Positions 61,235 to 64,000 of a stretch of DNA of 64,000 bases are shown here, piece by piece. Source of the DNA: Thermoanaerobaculia bacterium (lineage in GTDB: Bacteria; Acidobacteriota; Thermoanaerobaculia; Multivoradales; JAGPDF01); assembly GCA_963806165.1 (NCBI GenBank), contig CAWDWZ010000006.1, positions 657,037 through 721,036 of the forward strand, written 5' to 3'. The position numbers were made by a program, and so were the translations under genes. Every line of letters starts with the position of its first letter. The first letter of the stretch is position 1. The notes under the pieces were generated by a model. That model was not told the DNA's origin and made no database searches. It worked only from the letters and a program-made list of their open reading frames with translations.

Positions 61235-62350
61235 TCAGATGCGCATCGGCATGATGACGCAGAGATAGCGTTCGCCCGCCACCTCTTTGCCCTCTTCCGG
61301 CTGCGGCGAACCGACACACTGGCTGTTCTCGTCCTTGAGCTCGAGCAGCACTTTGTCGGTCTCGACGGCGTCGAGAAAATGCCCCAGATAGTCGGGGTTG
61401 AGGCCGATCTTGATCTCGCCGCCCACGAGCTCGCAGCCGAGGCTTTCGCTGGCGTCACCGAGATCGGGATTGGCGGCGGCAATCGCAACTTCGCCGTCGG
61501 CGAACTCGAGGCGGACGCCGCGATTCCTCTCGCCGGTCATGATCGCGACCCGGCGCACCGCTTCCGCGAGCGCCTTGCGGCCGAGGATCGCCTTCTTGTC
61601 GTTGCCGCGCGAGATCACCCGATCGTAGTCCGGAAAGCTCCCCTCGAGCACCCGGCAGGTCATCTCGCGCGCCCCGACGGTGAACGACAGATGGTGCTCG
61701 CTGCGTCGGAAGACGACGTTGCCGTCGCCCTCCATGCGCAAGAGCTCCTGCAGCGCCTTGCGCGGCACCAGGACCGAATCCTCCACGGCTCCCTTGAAGG
61801 CGTGCGGTGACTCGATGAGCGCCAGGCGATGTCCATCGGTGGCCACGAGCTCCAGGCTCTTGCCCTTGACCTTCAGCAGCGCACCGGAGAGTTGAAATCG
61901 CGAATCCTCGCCGGAGACCGCGAACAGGATCTTTCCCACCAGCCGCCGCAGCGCGACGAGCGGCAGCTCCATCTTCGCTTTACCCTCGACGCTCGGCAAG
62001 GAAGGAAAATCGGCCGCCGGCAGACCGTGCATGCGAAAGCGCGCTTTGCCCGCCGAAACGAGGAGCGCACGATCGTCCTCCACTTTCAGGCGGACCTCGT
62101 CGGCCACCACCGAGCGCACGATCTCGATGAACTTCTTCGCCTGAACGGCAATCGATCCCTCGCTCTCGACCTCGGCGGGAACGGCGCTGGTGAGCGACAC
62201 GTCGAGGTCGGTGGCCGAGAGCTGCAGGCTCTTGCCGGTGGTCTTGAGCAGAATGTGCGACAGCACCGGAATCGTCGTGCGACGTTCGACGATTCCCTGC
62301 ATCGGACTGAGCTCTGCGAGGAAGGCGTCACGCCGGAGGCGTAGTTCCAT
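61235..62350 (-). CDS. dnaN: DNA polymerase III beta sliding clamp.
   Basis: MELRLRRDAFLAELSPMQGIVERRTTIPVLSHILLK... is canonical DnaN. It is 371 aa and intact. Confidence 0.9.
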   Translation of the reverse strand: MELRLRRDAFLAELSPMQGIVERRTTIPVLSHILLKTTGKSLQLSATDLDVSLTSAVPAEVESEGSIAVQAKKFIEIVRSVVADEVRLKVEDDRALLVSAGKARFRMHGLPAADFPSLPSVEGKAKMELPLVALRRLVGKILFAVSGEDSRFQLSGALLKVKGKSLELVATDGHRLALIESPHAFKGAVEDSVLVPRKALQELLRMEGDGNVVFRRSEHHLSFTVGAREMTCRVLEGSFPDYDRVISRGNDKKAILGRKALAEAVRRVAIMTGERNRGVRLEFADGEVAIAAANPDLGDASESLGCELVGGEIKIGLNPDYLGHFLDAVETDKVLLELKDENSQCVGSPQPEEGKEVAGERYLCVIMPMRI

Positions 62351-62572
62351 GGCTTCTGATCTCCAGGCCCTAGAGAGAGGAAAACATAACATAGCCGTAG
62401 TCGATCGTAGATCCCGGCGGAACTGCGGAATGCCGTTGCGAGGCGCGCCGGGAAAGGGGCCCGGCGGGGAGCGCCTGTGGAAGAGACGCTGTGGAGAGAG
62501 CTCGAGCGGATGCGGAAAAAAGAACCGGCGGCCGAATTGAACAAACTCTGCGCAGGAAATCCGCAGGTTTTC

Positions 62573-63895
62573 TCAGACGAAATGGCGCGTCATGCCGTCG
62601 AGCGTGCGCTCGAGCTCCGCGTCGGTGGCGCGCAACTTGAGGATCTTGTCGACCGAGTACATGACGGTCGAATGATGTTTGTCGTTGAACTGCCGGCCGA
62701 TCTCCGGATAGGAGAGGTCGGTGAGCTCTTTGCAGAGGAACATCGCGACCTGGCGGGGGAATGCGATCTGCTTGGAATTCGATTTCGACTTGATCTCGCT
62801 CACCTTGAGACCGTAGTGGCGGGCCACGAACTTGATGATGTCGGCGGCGGTCGCGCGGCGCCCCTCCTCGGGAAGGATGTCCTTCAGGGTCTCCTTGGCG
62901 AGCTCGAGCGAGAGCGGCTTCGCGGTCAGCGAGGAGAATGCGACGACGCGGTTCAGCATGCCCTCGAGCTCGCGCACGTTGGACTTGACCTGATAGGCGA
63001 TGAACAGGGCGACGTCGTCCGGCAGGACGACGCCGTCCTGGTCGGCCTTGCGGCGCAGGATGGCCACTTTCGTTTCGAGATCCGGCGCCTGGATGTCGGC
63101 GATCAGTCCCCACTCGAAACGCGAGCGCAAGCGCTCCTCGATCGCGGGCATGTTCCGCGGCGAGGAATCAGAGGAGAGGATGATCTGGCGCTGGCTCGTG
63201 TAGAGCGTGTTGAAGGTGTGAAAGAACTCTTCCTGGGTGCGTTCCTTGTTCGCCAGAAACTGGATGTCGTCGACCAGCAGGACGTCGATGGAGCGGTAGC
63301 GCTCGCGGAAAGCGTTCATCGACTTGAAGCGCAGGGAGTTGATCAGTTGGTTGACGAAGTGCTCGGCGGTGAAATAGAGCACTTTGATCTCGGGCCGCCG
63401 CTTCAAGACCTGGTGGCCGATGGCGTGCAGGAGATGGGTCTTTCCGAGACCTACGCCGCCGTAGAGGAAAAGCGGGTTATAGCTGTGCGCCGGGCTCTCG
63501 GCGACGGCGCGGGCGGCGGCGTGAGCGAACTGGTTCGAGCTCCCGACCACGAAGGTCTCGAAGAGGTACTTCGGGTTGAGCCGGTCGCCCGTCGGACCCG
63601 TCGGGCCGGTCGCCGGGGATGCGCTGCGGTCCGCGCGTTCGAGCTCGCCCTCTTCGGCGACCACGGAGACGGAGAACAGCTCGTCGAAGAGCTTCCCGGC
63701 TTCGCGGTCGAGGGTCTCGCGATAGCTCTCCTCGAGAGTGTGCACGAAGCGCGCGTTGGGCGCCGAGAGCACGAGCCCGCTCTCGCTGTCGCTCTTCGCC
63801 TTCAAGGGGGCGAACCAGGTGGCGTACTCCTCAGGCTCGAGAATCGCCCGCAAACGCTCCTGAAGGCGCGACCAGGAATTGAAGTTGGCGGTCAC
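62573..63895 (-). CDS. dnaA: Chromosomal replication initiator protein.
   Basis: Walker A is LFLYGGVGLGKTHLLHAIG. The sensor and DnaA-box-binding region is ...IGRQFNDKHHSTVMYSVDKI.... It is 440 aa with a GTG start. Confidence 0.9.
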   Translation of the reverse strand: MTANFNSWSRLQERLRAILEPEEYATWFAPLKAKSDSESGLVLSAPNARFVHTLEESYRETLDREAGKLFDELFSVSVVAEEGELERADRSASPATGPTGPTGDRLNPKYLFETFVVGSSNQFAHAAARAVAESPAHSYNPLFLYGGVGLGKTHLLHAIGHQVLKRRPEIKVLYFTAEHFVNQLINSLRFKSMNAFRERYRSIDVLLVDDIQFLANKERTQEEFFHTFNTLYTSQRQIILSSDSSPRNMPAIEERLRSRFEWGLIADIQAPDLETKVAILRRKADQDGVVLPDDVALFIAYQVKSNVRELEGMLNRVVAFSSLTAKPLSLELAKETLKDILPEEGRRATAADIIKFVARHYGLKVSEIKSKSNSKQIAFPRQVAMFLCKELTDLSYPEIGRQFNDKHHSTVMYSVDKILKLRATDAELERTLDGMTRHFV

Positions 63896-63918
63896 GGGAC
63901 CAACAGGATATCAACAGT

Positions 63919-63927
63919 TTTTCCACA
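63919..63927. promoter_or_regulatory. Candidate DnaA box (TTTTCCACA, one mismatch from TTATCCACA) just upstream of dnaA.
   Basis: The 9-mer is seen directly at 63919-63927. The window ends 70 nt further on, so any cluster cannot be assessed. Weaker TGTGGA-type half-matches lie at about 62476-62498, between dnaN and dnaA. Confidence 0.3.
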
Positions 63928-64000
63928 GTTTGCGGAAATCCTCATAGGCCTTGCGCCAGCTGTTGCCAGGCAGCGTCGAGCTCGAGCTCGAGTTGCGGAT

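Overview
This is a 64-kb window of high-GC bacterial chromosome (about 70% G+C by spot counts). It looks like a didermic organism: I see lipoprotein signals, an outer-membrane DUF3570 protein and a PEP-CTERM-like tail. I recognise about 57 protein-coding genes. I found no rRNA, tRNA, CRISPR array, IS element or integrase.

Gene content from left to right:
1. A Crp/Fnr regulator, a secreted S8 subtilase and a five-heme c-type cytochrome.
2. A lower-GC island (about 4.4-6.9 kb) carrying four tandem small two-TM membrane proteins. It is followed by a run of enzymes that resemble small-molecule tailoring functions: a DUF1772 anthrone-oxygenase-like protein, an ICMT-type O-methyltransferase, DUF2938, a VOC protein, a hotdog thioesterase and a cupin.
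3. A heparinase II/III-like protein, then convergently a cluster of GT2, a geranylgeranyl-reductase-like FAD enzyme and an MMPL/RND exporter.
4. An 1109-aa protein with Ser/Thr kinase, AAA and TPR domains.
5. A nine-gene co-directional operon on the minus strand (28289 down to 19346). It is built round a type III polyketide synthase with a fatty acyl-AMP ligase, ACP, an SrsB-like ICMT methyltransferase, a GNAT, a CysK-like PLP enzyme, DUF2277 and a 992-aa lipoprotein. This is the most likely candidate for a new system.
6. A divergent arsR-arsM operon followed by an unassigned flavoprotein.
7. Secreted M36 and M1 metallopeptidases and a HAD phosphatase.
8. An NTP-transferase/CYTH/M20 operon, then 5-FCL (MTHFS) and a CPBP protease.
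9. A 12.5-kb heme-biosynthesis super-operon: hemH, hemA, hemL, a sensor kinase, a response regulator, hemC, a hemD-hemB fusion, hemE, hemN and hemY. The two-component system sits inside it.
10. A TlpA/DUF4266/DUF3570/ApbE module.
11. The origin-proximal block gyrA, gyrB, dnaN and dnaA, all on the minus strand, at the 3' end.

Many genes carry single-base frameshifts. Essential genes are affected, with gyrA in about four pieces and gyrB in about five. I therefore read the frameshifts as assembly indel errors rather than pseudogenes. Coordinates that I derived by hand may be off by one.
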